Made by a program: the position numbers and the translations under genes. 64,000 bases of DNA. Source: Eledone cirrhosa (Eukaryota). Location: assembly GCA_964016885.1 (NCBI GenBank), contig OZ024740.1:296298001-296362000 (forward strand), in the 5' to 3' direction. The notes beneath the pieces were generated by a model. The model saw nothing but the letters and a program-made list of their open reading frames with translations, had not been told where the DNA came from and did no database searches. This document shows, one piece after another, positions 41,957-55,503 of this stretch (position 1 is the first letter of the stretch; the number at the start of each line of letters is the position of its first letter).

Positions 41957-44900
41957 ATTTTTTATTTGGGTGATCCATATTTTATTTAGGGGATCCATTT
42001 TTTATTTGGGTGATCCATTTTTTATTTGGGTGATCCATTTTTTATTTGGGTGATCCATTTTTTATTTGGGTGATCCATTTTTTATTTTGGGGATCTATTT
42101 ATTATTTGGGTGATCCATTTTTTATTTGGGGGATCCATTTTTTATTTGGGTGATCCATTTTTTATTTGGGTGATCCAGTTTTTGTTTGGGTGATCCATTT
42201 TTTATTTGTTGGATCCATTTTTTATTTGGGGGATCCATTTTTTATTTGGGGGATCCATTTTTTATTTGGGTGATCCATTTTTTATTTGGGGGATCCATTT
42301 TTTATTTAGGTGATCCATTTTTTAGTTGGGTGATCCATTTTTTGGGGGGGGATCCATTTTTTATTTGTGTCATCCATTTTTTATTTGGCGGATCCATTTT
42401 TATTTGGGGGATCCATTTTTTATTTGTGTGATCCATTTTTTATTTGGCAGATCCATTTTTTATTTGGGGGATCCATTTTTTATTTGGGTGATCCATTTTT
42501 TATTTGGGTGATCCATTTTTTATTTGGGGGATCCATTTTTTATTTAGGTGATCCATTTTTTAGTTGGGTGATCCATTTTTTGGGGGGGGATCCATTTTTT
42601 ATTTGTGTCATCCATTTTTTATTTGGCGGATCCATTTTTATTTGGGGGATCCATTTTTTATTTGTGTGATCCATTTTTTATTTGGCAGATCCATTTTTTA
42701 TTTGGGGGATCCATTTTTTATTTGGGTGATCCATTTTTTATTTGGGGGATCCATTTTTTATTTGGGTGATCCATTTTTTATTTGGGTGATCCAGTTTTTG
42801 TTTGGGTGATCCATTTTTTATTTGGGGGATCCATTTTTTATTTGGGTGATCCATTTTTTATTTGTTGGATCCATTTTTTATTTGGGGGATCCATTTTTTA
42901 TTTGGGGGTTCCATTTTTTATTTGGGGGATCCATTTTACATTTGGGTGATCCATTTTTTATTTGGGTGATCCATTTTTTATTTGGGGGATCCATTTTTTA
43001 TTTAGGGGATCCATTTTTTATTTGGGGGTTCCATTTTTTATTTGGGTGATCCATTTTTTATTTGGGGGATCCATTTTTTATTTAGGTGATCCATTTTTTA
43101 GTTGGGTGATCCATTTTTATTTGGGGGATCCATTTTTTATTTGTGTGATCCATTTTTTATTTGGCGGATCCATTTTTTATTTGGGGGATCCATTTTACAT
43201 TTGGGTGATCCATTTTTTATTTGGGTGATCCATATTTTATTTGGGGGATCCATTTTTTATTTGGGGGATCCATTTTTTATTTGGGTGATCCATTTTTTAT
43301 TTGGGGGATCCATTTTTTATTTGGGTGATCCATTTTTTATTTGGGTGATCCAGTTTTTGTTTGGGTGATCCATTTTTTATTTGGGGGATCCATTTTTTAT
43401 TTGGGTGATCCATTTTTTATTTGTTGGATCCATTTTTTATTTGGGGGATCCATTTTTTATTTGGGGGTTCCATTTTTTATTTGGGGGATCCATTTTACAT
43501 TTGGGTGATCCATTTTTTATTTGGGTGATCCATTTTTTATTTGGGGGATCCATTTTTTATTTAGGGGATCCATTTTTTATTTGGGGGTTCCATTTTTTAT
43601 TTGGGTGATCCATTTTTTATTTGGGGGATCCATTTTTTATTTAGGTGATCCATTTTTTAGTTGGGTGATCCATTTTTATTTGGGGGATCCATTTTTTATT
43701 TGTGTGATCCATTTTTTATTTGGCGGATCCATTTTTTATTTGGGGGATCCATTTTTTATTTGGGGATCCATTTTTTATTTAGGTGATCAATTTTTTAGTT
43801 GGGTGATCCATTTTTATTTGGGGGATCCATTTTTTATTTGTGTGATCCATTTTTTATTTGGCGTATCCATTTTTATTTGGGGGATCCATTTTTTATTTGT
43901 GTGATCCATTTTTTATTTGGCAGATCCATTTTTTATTTGGGGGATCCATTTTTTATTTGGGTGATCCATTTTTTATTTGGGGGATCCATTTTTTATTTGG
44001 GTGATACATTTTTTATTTGGGGGATCCATTTTTTATTTGGGTGATCCATTTTTTATTTGGGTGATCCATATTTTATTTGGGTGATCCATTTTTTATTTGG
44101 GGGATCCATTTTTTATTTGGGTGATCCAATTTTTTATTTGGGTGATCCATTTTTTATTTGGGTGATCCATTTTTTATTTGGGTGATCCATTTTTTATTTG
44201 GGGGATCCATTTTTTATTTGGGTGATCCATTTTTGATTTGGTTGATCCATTTTTTATTTGGGGGATCCATTTTTTATTTGGGTGATCCATTTTTTATTTG
44301 GGGGATCCATTTTTTATTTGGGAGATCCATTTTTGATTTGGGTGATCCATTTTTTATTTGGGTGATTCATTTTTTATTTGTTGGATCCATTTTTTATTTG
44401 GGGGATCCATTTTTATTTGGGGGACCCTATTTTTATTTGGGGGATCCATTTTACATTTGGGTGATCCATTTTTTATTTGGGTGATCCATTTTTTATTTGG
44501 TGGATCCATTTTTTATTTGGGGTATCCATTTTTTATTTGGGTGATCCATTTTTTATTTGGGGGATCCATTTTTTATTTGGGTTATCCATTTTTTATTTGG
44601 GTGATCCATTTTTTATTTGGGTGATCCATTTTTTATTTGTTGGATCCATTTTTTATTTGGGGGATCCATTTTTTATTTGGGGGTTCCATTTTTTATTTGG
44701 GGGATCCATTTTACATTTGGGTGATCCATTTTTTATTTGGGTGATCCATTTTTTATTTGGGGGATCCATTTTTTATTTGGGTGATCCATTTTTTATTTGG
44801 GTGATCCAGTTTTTGTTTGGGTGATCCATTTTTTATTTGGGGGATCCATTTTTTATTTGGGTGATCCATTTTTTATTTGTTGGATCCATTTTTTATTTGG

Positions 44901-46586
44901 GGGATCCATTTTTTATTTGGGGGTTCCATTTTTTATTTGGGGGATCCATTTTACATTTGGGTGATCCATTTTTTATTTGGGTGATCCCTTTTTTATTTGG
45001 GGGATCCATTTTTTATTTAGGTGATCCATATTTTAGTTGGGTGATCCATTTTTTATTTGTGTGATCCATTTTTTATTTGGGGGATCCATTTTTTATTTGG
45101 GGGTTCCATTTTTTATTTGGGTGATCCATTTTTTATTTGGGGGATCCATTTTTTATTTAGGTGATCCATTTTTTAGTTGGGTGATCCATTTTTTATTTGT
45201 GTGATCCATTTTTTATTTGGCGGATCCATTTTTTATTTGGGGGATCCATTTTTTATTTGGGTGATCCATTTTTTATTTGGGGTATCCATTTTTTATTAGG
45301 GTGATACATTTTTTATTTGGGGGATCCATTTTTTATTTGGGTGATCCATTTTTTATTTGGGTGATCCATATTTTATTTGCGTGATCCATTTTTTATTTGG
45401 GTGATCCATTTTTTATTTGGGTGATCCATTTTTTATTTGGGGGATCCATTTTTTATTTGGGTGATCCATTTTTTATTTGGGTGATCCATTTTTTATTTGG
45501 GGGATCCATTTTTTATTTGGGTGATCCATTTATTATTTGGGGGATCCAGTTTTTGTTTGGGTGATCCATTTTTTATTTGGGGGAACCATTTTTTATTTGG
45601 GTGATCCATATTTTATTTAGGGGATCCATTTTTTATTTGGGTGATCCATTTTTTATTTGGGTGATCCATTTTTTATTTGGGTGATCCATTTTTTATTTTG
45701 GGGATCTATTTTTTATTTGGGTGATCCATTTTTTATTTGGGGGATCCATTTTTTTTTTGGTGATCCATTTTTTATTTGGGGATCCATTTTTTATTTGGGG
45801 GATCCATTTTTTATTTGGGTGATCCATTTTTTATTTGGGGGATCCATTTTTTATTTGGGTGATCCATTTTTAATTTGGGGATCCATTTTTTATTTGGGTG
45901 ATCCATTTTTTATTTGGGGGATCCATTTTTTATATGGGTGATCCATTTTTTATTTGGGGGATCCATTTTGTATTTGGGTGATCCATTTTTTATTTGGGGG
46001 ATCCATTTTTTATTTGGGGGATCCATTTTTTATTTGGGTGATCCACATTTTATTTGGGTGATCCAATTTTTATTTGAGGGATCCATTTTTTATTTGGGTG
46101 ATCCATTTTTTATTTGGGTGATCCATTTTTTATTTGGGTGATCCATTTTCTATTTGGGTGATCCATTTTTTATTTGGGGGATCCATTTTTTATTTGGATG
46201 ATCCATTTTTTATTTGGGGGATCCATTTTTTATTTGGGCGATCCAATTTTTATTTGGGGGATCCATTATTTATTTGTGTGATCCATTTTATATTTGGGGG
46301 ATCCATTTTTTATTTGGGTGATCCATTTTTTATTTTGGAGATCCATTTTTTATTTGGGGGATCCATTTTTTATTTGGGGGATCCATTTTTTATTTGGGTG
46401 ATCCATTTTTTATTTGGGTGATCCATTTTTTATTTGTTGGATCCATTTTTTATTTGGGGGATCCATTTTTTATTTGGGGGCTCCATTTTTTATTTGGGGG
46501 ATCCATTTTACATTTGGGTGATCCATTTTTTATTTGGGTGATCCATTTTTTATTTGGGGGTTCCATTTTTTATTTGGGGGATCCAT

Positions 46587-46624
46587 CAAATAAAAAATGG
46601 ATCCCCCAAATAAAAAATGGATCC
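46587..46624 (-). repeat. Inverted satellite island, 2 monomers (class A)
   Basis: Same sequence as 11665-11702. Confidence 0.95.
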
Positions 46625-49600
46625 ATTTTTTATTTGGGTGATCCATTTTTTATTTGGGGGATCCATTTTTTATTTGGGTGATCCAGTTTTTGTTTGGGTG
46701 ATCCATTTTTTATTTGGGGGATCCATTTTTTATTTGGGTGATCCATATTTTATTTAGGGGATCGATTTTTTATTTGGTGATCCATTTTTTATTTGGGTGA
46801 TCCATTCTTTATTTGGGTGATCCATTTTTTATTTTGGGGATCTATTTTTTATTTGGGTGATCCATTTTTTATTTGGGGATCCATTTTTTATTTGGGTGAT
46901 CCATTTTTTATTTGGGGGATCCATTTTTTATTTGGGGGATCCATTTTTTATTTGGGTGATCCATTTTTTATTTGGGGGATCCATTTTTTATTTGGGTGAT
47001 CCATTTTTTATTTGGGGGATCCATTTTTTATTTGGGTGATCCATTTTTTATTTGGGTGATCCATTTTTTATTTGGGTGATCCATTTTTTATTTGTTGGAT
47101 CCATTTTTTATTTGGGGGATCCATTTTTTATTTGGGGGTTCCATTTTTTATTTGGGGGATCCATTTTACATTTGGGTGATCCATTTTTTATTTGGGTGAT
47201 CCATTTTTTATTTGGGTGATCCATTTTTTATTTGGGTGATCCAGTTTTTGTTTGCGTGATCCATTTTTTATTTGGGGGATCCATTTTTTATTTGGGTGAT
47301 CCATTTTTTATTTGTTGGATCCATTTTTTATTTGGGGGATCCATTTTTTATTTGGGGGATCCATTTTTTATTTGGGTGATCCATTTTTTATTTGGGGGAT
47401 CCATTTTTTATTTAGGTGATCCATTTTTTAGTTGGGTGATCCATTTTTTTTGGGGGGGATCCATTTTTTATTTGTGTCATCCATTTTTTATTTGGCGGAT
47501 CCATTTTTATTTGGGGGATCCATTTTTTATTTGTGTGATCCATTTTTTATTTGGCAGATCCATTTTTTATTTGCGGGATCCATTTTTTATTTGGGTGATC
47601 CATTTTTTATTTGGGGGATCCATTTTTTATTTGGGTGATCCATTTTTTATTTGGGTGATCCAGTTTTTGTTTGGGTGATCCATTTTTTATTTGGGGGATC
47701 CATTTTTTATTTGGGTGATCCATTTTTTATTTGTTGGATCCATTTTTTATTTGGGGGATCCATTTTTTATTTGGGGGTTCCATTTTTTATTTGGGGGATC
47801 CATTTTACATTTGGGTGATCCATTTTTTATTTGGGTGATCCATTTTTTATTTGGGGGATCCATTTTTTATTTAGGGGATCCATTTTTTATTTGGGGGATC
47901 CATTTTTTATTTGGGTGATCCATTTTTTATTTGTTGGATCCATTTTTTATTTGGGGGATCCATTTTTTATTTGGGGGTTCCATTTTTTATTTGGGGGATC
48001 CATTTTACATTTGGGTGATCCATTTTTTATTTGGGTGATCCATTTTTTATTTGGCGTATCCATTTTTATTTGGGGGATCCATTTTTTATTTGTGTGATCC
48101 ATTTTTTATTTGGCAGATCCATTTTTTATTTGGGGGATCCATTTTTTATTTGGGTGATCCATTTTTTATTTGGGGGATCCATTTTTTATTTGGGTGATAC
48201 ATTTTTTATTTGGGGGATCCATTTTTTATTTGGGTGATCCATTTTTTATTTGGGTGATCCATATTTTATTTGGGTGATCCATTTTTTATTTGGGGGATCC
48301 ATTTTTTATTTGGGTGATCCAATTTTTTATTTGGGTGATCCATTTTTTATTTGGGTGATCCATTTTTTATTTGGGTGATCCATTTTTTATTTGGGGGATC
48401 CATTTTTTATTTGGGTGATACATTTTTGATTTGGGTGATCCATTTTTTATTTGGGGGATCCATTTTTTATTTGGGTGATCCATTTTTTATTTGGGGGATC
48501 CATTTTTTATTTGGGAGATCCATTTTTTATTTGGGTGATCCATTTTTTATTTGGGTGATTCATTTTTTATTTGTTGGATCCATTTTTTATTTGGGGGATC
48601 CATTTTTATTTGGGGGACCCTATTTTTATTTGGGGGATCCATTTTACATTTGGGTGATCCATTTTTTATTTGGATGATCCATTTTTTATTTGGTGGATCC
48701 ATTTTTTATTTGGGGTATCCATTTTTTATTTGGGTGATCCATTTTTTATTTGGGGGATCCATTTTTTATTTGGGTTATCCATTTTTTATTTGGGTGATCC
48801 ATTTTTTATTTGGGTGATCCATTTTTTATTTGTTGGATCCATTTTTTATTTGGGGGATCCATTTTTTATTTGGGGGTTCCATTTTTTATTTGAGGGATCC
48901 ATTTTACATTTGGGTGATCCATTTTTTATTTGGGTGACCCATTTTTTATTCGGGGGATCCATTTTTTATTTGGGGGATCCATTTTTTATTAGGGTTTCCA
49001 TTTTTTATTTGGGTGATCCATTTTTTATTTGGGGGATCCATTTTTTATTTAGGTGATCCATTTTTTAGTTGGGTGATCCATTTTTTATTTGTGTGATCCA
49101 TTTTTTATTTGGGGGATCCATTTTTTATTTGGGGGATCCATTTTTTATTTAGGTGATCCATTTTTAGTTGGGTGATCCATTTTTTATTTGTGTGATCCAT
49201 TTTTTATTTGGGGGATCCATTTTTTATTTGGGGGTTCCATTTTTTATTTGGGTGATCCATTTTTTATTTGGGGGATCCATTTTTTATTTAGGTGATCCAT
49301 TTTTTAGTTGGGTGATCCATTTTTTATTTGTGTGATCCATTTTTTATTTGGCGGATCCATTTTTTATTTGGGGGATCCATTTTTTATTTGGGTGATCCAT
49401 TTTTTATTTGGGTGATCCATTTTTTATTTGGGTGATCCATATTTTATTTGCGTGATCCATTTTTTATTTGGGTGATCCATTTTTTATTTGGGTGATCCAT
49501 TTTTTATTTGGGGGATCCATTTTTTATTTGGGTGATCCATTTTTTATTTGGGTGATCCATTTTTTATTTGGGGGATCCATTTTTTATTTGGGTGATCCAT

Positions 49601-50678
49601 TTTTTATTTGGGGGATCCAGTTTTTGTTTGGGTGATCCATTTTTTATTTGGGGGATCCATTTTTTATTTGGGTGATCCATATTTTATTTAGGGGATCCAT
49701 TTTTTATTTGGGTGATCCATTTTTTATTTGGGTGATCCATTTTTTATTTGGGTGATCCATTTTTTATTTTGGGGATCTATTTTTTATTTGGGTGATCCAT
49801 TTTTTATTTGGGGGATCCATTTTTTTTTTTGGTGATCCATTTTTTATTTGGGGATCCATTTTTTATTTGGGGGATCCATTTTTTATTTGGGTGATCCATT
49901 TTTTATTTGGGGGATCCATTTTTTATTTGGGTGATCCATTTTTAATTTGGGGATCCATTTTTTATTTGGGTGATACATTTTTTATTTGGGGGATCCATTT
50001 TTTATATGGGTGATCCATTTTTTATTTGGGGGATCCATTTTGTATTTGGGTGATCCATTTTTTATTTGGGGGATCCATTTTTTATTTGGGGGATCCATTT
50101 TTTATTTGGGTGATCCACATTTTATTTGGGTGATCCAATTTTTATTTGAGGGATCCATTTTTTATTTGGGTGATCCATTTTTTATTTGGGTGATCCATTT
50201 TTTATTTGGGTGATCCATTTTCTATTTGGGTGATCCATTTTTTATTTGGGGGATCCATTTTTTATTTGGATGATCCATTTTTTATTTGGGGGATCCATTT
50301 TTTATTTGGGCGATCCAATTTTTATTTGGGTGATCCATTTTTTTATTGGGCGATCCATTTTTTATTTGGGTGATCCATTTTTTATTTGGGGGATCCATTA
50401 TTTATTTGTGTGATCCATTTTTTATTTTGGAGATCCATTTTTTATTTGGGGGATCCATTTTTTATTTGGGGGATCCATTTTTTATTTGGGTGATCCATTT
50501 TTTATTTGGGTGATCCATTTTTTATTTGTTGGATCCATTTTTTATTTGGGGGATCCATTTTTTATTTGGGGGCTCCATTTTTTATTTGGGGGATCCATTT
50601 TACATTTGGGTGATCCATTTTTTATTTGGGTGATCCATTTTTTATTTGGGGGTTCCATTTTTTATTTGGGGGATCCAT

Positions 50679-50716
50679 CAAATAAAAAATGGATCCCCCA
50701 AATAAAAAATGGATCC
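50679..50716 (-). repeat. Inverted satellite island, 2 monomers (class A)
   Basis: Same sequence as 11665-11702. Confidence 0.95.
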
Positions 50717-51134
50717 ATTTTTTATTTGGGTGATCCATTTTTTATTTGGGGGATCCATTTTTTATTTGGGTGATCCAGTTTTTGTTTGGGTGATCCATTT
50801 TTTATTTGGGGGATCCATTTTTTATTTGGGTGATCCATATTTTATTTAGGGGATCGATTTTTTATTTGGTGATCCATTTTTTATTTGGGTGATCCATTCT
50901 TTATTTGGGTGATCCATTTTTTATTTTGGGGATCTATTTTTTATTTGGGTGATCCATTTTTTATTTGGGGATCCATTTTTTATTTGGGTGATCTATTTTT
51001 TATTTGGGGGATCCATTTTTTATTTGGGTGATCCATTTTTTATTTGGGGGATCCATTTTTTATTTGGGTGATCCATTTTTTATTTGGGGGATCCATTTTT
51101 TATTTGGGGGGCCATTTTTTATTTGGGGATCCAT

Positions 51135-51212
51135 CAAATAAAAAATGGATCACCCAAATAAAAAATGGATCACCCAAATAAAAAATGGATCCCTCAAATA
51201 AAAAATGGATCC
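51135..51212 (-). repeat. Inverted satellite island, 4 monomers (class B)
   Basis: Same sequence as 12141-12218. Confidence 0.95.
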
Positions 51213-54200
51213 ATTTTTTATTTGGGGGATCCATTTTTTATTTGGGGGTTCCATTTTTTATTTGGGGGATCCATTTTACATTTGGGTGATCCATTTTTTA
51301 TTTGGGTGATCCATATTTTATTTGGGGGATCCATTTTTTATTTGGGGGATCCATTTTTTATTTGGGTGATCCATTTTTTATTTGGGGGATCCATTTTTTA
51401 TTTAGGTGATCCATTCTTTAGTTGGGTGATCCATTTATATTTGGGGGATCCATTTTTTATTTGTGTGATCCATTTTTTATTTGGCAGATCCATTTTTTAT
51501 TTGGGGGATCCATTTTTTATTTGGGTGATCCATTTTTTATTTGGGGGATCCATTTTTTATTTGGGTTATACATTTTTTATTTGGGGGATCCATTTTTTAT
51601 TTGGGTGATCCATTTTTTATTTGGGTGATCCATATTTTATTTGGGTGATCCATTTTTTATTTGGGGGATCCATTTTTATTTGGGTGATCTATTTTTGATT
51701 TGGGTGATCCATTTTTTATTTGGGGGATCCATTTTTTATTTGGGTGATCCATTTTTTATTTGGGGGATCCATTTTTTATTTGGGGGTTCCATTTTTTATT
51801 TGGGGGATCCATTTTACATTTGGGTGATCCATTTTTTATTTGGGTGATCCATTTTTTATTTGGGGGATCCATTTTTTATTTAGGGGATCCATTTTTTATT
51901 TGGGGGTTCCATTTTTTATTTGGGTGATCCATTTTTTATTTGGGGGATCCATTTTTTATTTAGGTGATCCATTTTTTAGTTGGGTGATCCATTTTTATTT
52001 GGGGGATCCATTTTTTATTTGTGTGATCCATTTTTTATTTGGCGGATCCATTTTTTATTTGGGGGATCCATTTTACATTTGGGTGATCCATTTTTTATTT
52101 GGGTGATCCATATTTTATTTGGGGGATCCATTTTTTATTTGGGGGATCCATTTTTTATTTGGGTGATCCATTTTTTATTTGGGGGATCCATTTTTTATTT
52201 GGGTGATCCATTTTTTATTTGGGTGATCCAGTTTTTGTTTGGGTGATCCATTTTTTATTTGGGGGATCCATTTTTTATTTGGGTGATCCATTTTTTATTT
52301 GTTGGATCCATTTTTTATTTGGGGGATCCATTTTTTATTTGGGGGTTCCATTTTTTATTTGGGGGATCCATTTTACATTTGGGTGATCCATTTTTTATTT
52401 GGGTGATCCATTTTTTATTTGGGGGATCCATTTTTTATTTAGGGGATCCATTTTTTATTTGGGGGTTCCATTTTTTATTTGGGTGATCCATTTTTTATTT
52501 GGGGGATCCATTTTTTATTTAGGTGATCCATTTTTTAGTTGGGTGATCCATTTTTATTTGGGGGATCCATTTTTTATTTGTGTGATCCATTTTTTATTTG
52601 GCGGATCCATTTTTTATTTGGGGGATCCATTTTTTATTTGGGGATCCATTTTTTATTTAGGTGATCAATTTTTTAGTTGGGTGATCCATTTTTATTTGGG
52701 GGATCCATTTTTTATTTGTGTGATCCATTTTTTATTTGGCGTATCCATTTTTATTTGGGGGATCCATTTTTTATTTGTGTGATCCATTTTTTATTTGGCA
52801 GATCCATTTTTTATTTGGGGGATCCATTTTTTATTTGGGTGATCCATTTTTTATTTGGGGGATCCATTTTTTATTTGGGTGATACATTTTTTATTTGGGG
52901 GATCCATTTTTTATTTGGGTGATCCATTTTTTATTTGGGTGATCCATATTTTATTTGGGTGATCCATTTTTTATTTGGGGGATCCATTTTTTATTTGGGT
53001 GATCCAATTTTTTATTTGGGTGATCCATTTTTTATTTGGGTGATCCATTTTTTATTTGGGTGATCCATTTTTTATTTGGGGGATCCATTTTTTATTTGGG
53101 TGATCCATTTTTGATTTGGTTGATCCATTTTTTATTTGGGGGATCCATTTTTTATTTGGGTGATCCATTTTTTATTTGGGGGATCCATTTTTTATTTGGG
53201 AGATCCATTTTTGATTTGGGTGATCCATTTTTTATTTGGGTGATTCATTTTTTATTTGTTGGATCCATTTTTTATTTGGGGGATCCATTTTTATTTGGGG
53301 GACCCTATTTTTATTTGGGGGATCCATTTTACATTTGGGTGATCCATTTTTTATTTGGGTGATCCATTTTTTATTTGGTGGATCCATTTTTTATTTGGGG
53401 TATCCATTTTTTATTTGGGTGATCCATTTTTTATTTGGGGGATCCATTTTTTATTTGGGTTATCCATTTTTTATTTGGGTGATCCATTTTTTATTTGGGT
53501 GATCCATTTTTTATTTGTTGGATCCATTTTTTATTTGGGGGATCCATTTTTTATTTGGGGGTTCCATTTTTTATTTGGGGGATCCATTTTACATTTGGGT
53601 GATCCATTTTTTATTTGGGTGATCCATTTTTTATTTGGGGGATCCATTTTTTATTTGGGTGATCCATTTTTTATTTGGGTGATCCAGTTTTTGTTTGGGT
53701 GATCCATTTTTTATTTGGGGGATCCATTTTTTATTTGGGTGATCCATTTTTTATTTGTTGGATCCATTTTTTATTTGGGGGATCCATTTTTTATTTGGGG
53801 GTTCCATTTTTTATTTGGGGGATCCATTTTACATTTGGGTGATCCATTTTTTATTTGGGTGATCCCTTTTTTATTTGGGGGATCCATTTTTTATTTAGGT
53901 GATCCATATTTTAGTTGGGTGATCCATTTTTTATTTGTGTGATCCATTTTTTATTTGGGGGATCCATTTTTTATTTGGGGGTTCCATTTTTTATTTGGGT
54001 GATCCATTTTTTATTTGGGGGATCCATTTTTTATTTAGGTGATCCATTTTTTAGTTGGGTGATCCATTTTTTATTTGTGTGATCCATTTTTTATTTGGCG
54101 GATCCATTTTTTATTTGGGGGATCCATTTTTTATTTGGGTGATCCATTTTTTATTTGGGGTATCCATTTTTTATTAGGGTGATACATTTTTTATTTGGGG

Positions 54201-55465
54201 GATCCATTTTTTATTTGGGTGATCCATTTTTTATTTGGGTGATCCATATTTTATTTGCGTGATCCATTTTTTATTTGGGTGATCCATTTTTTATTTGGGT
54301 GATCCATTTTTTATTTGGGGGATCCATTTTTTATTTGGGTGATCCATTTTTTATTTGGGTGATCCATTTTTTATTTGGGGGATCCATTTTTTATTTGGGT
54401 GATCCATTTATTATTTGGGGGATCCAGTTTTTGTTTGGGTGATCCATTTTTTATTTGGGGGAACCATTTTTTATTTGGGTGATCCATATTTTATTTAGGG
54501 GATCCATTTTTTATTTGGGTGATCCATTTTTTATTTGGGTGATCCATTTTTTATTTGGGTGATCCATTTTTTATTTTGGGGATCTATTTTTTATTTGGGT
54601 GATCCATTTTTTATTTGGGGGATCCATTTTTTTTTTTGGTGATCCATTTTTTATTTGGGGATCCATTTTTTATTTGGGGGATCCATTTTTTATTTGGGTG
54701 ATCCATTTTTTATTTGGGGGATCCATTTTTTATTTGGGTGATCCATTTTTAATTTGGGGATCCATTTTTTATTTGGGTGATCCATTTTTTATTTGGGGGA
54801 TCCATTTTTTATATGGGTGATCCATTTTTTATTTGGGGGATCCATTTTGTATTTGGGTGATCCATTTTTTATTTGGGGGATCCATTTTTTATTTGGGGGA
54901 TCCATTTTTTATTTGGGTGATCCACATTTTATTTGGGTGATCCAATTTTTATTTGAGGGATCCATTTTTTATTTGGGTGATCCATTTTTTATTTGGGTGA
55001 TCCATTTTTTATTTGGGTGATCCATTTTCTATTTGGGTGATCCATTTTTTATTTGGGGGATCCATTTTTTATTTGGATGATCCATTTTTTATTTGGGGGA
55101 TCCATTTTTTATTTGGGCGATCCAATTTTTATTTGGGGGATCCATTATTTATTTGTGTGATCCATTTTATATTTGGGGGATCCATTTTTTATTTGGGTGA
55201 TCCATTTTTTATTTTGGAGATCCATTTTTTATTTGGGGGATCCATTTTTTATTTGGGGGATCCATTTTTTATTTGGGTGATCCATTTTTTATTTGGGTGA
55301 TCCATTTTTTATTTGTTGGATCCATTTTTTATTTGGGGGATCCATTTTTTATTTGGGGGCTCCATTTTTTATTTGGGGGATCCATTTTACATTTGGGTGA
55401 TCCATTTTTTATTTGGGTGATCCATTTTTTATTTGGGGGTTCCATTTTTTATTTGGGGGATCCAT

Positions 55466-55503
55466 CAAATAAAAAATGGATCCCCCAAATAAAAAATGGA
55501 TCC
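55466..55503 (-). repeat. Inverted satellite island, 2 monomers (class A)
   Basis: Same as 46587-46624, offset 8879 bp. Confidence 0.95.

Larger units (their letters stand above)
36650..44150 (+). repeat. Tandem block duplication, unit about 3.7-3.9 kb, with internal indels
   Basis: Class B and D islands repeat (36916/40583, 37954/41879). ORF-track offsets are 3667 then 3865, and the GATCAA variant occurs at about 39920/43785. Confidence 0.8.
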
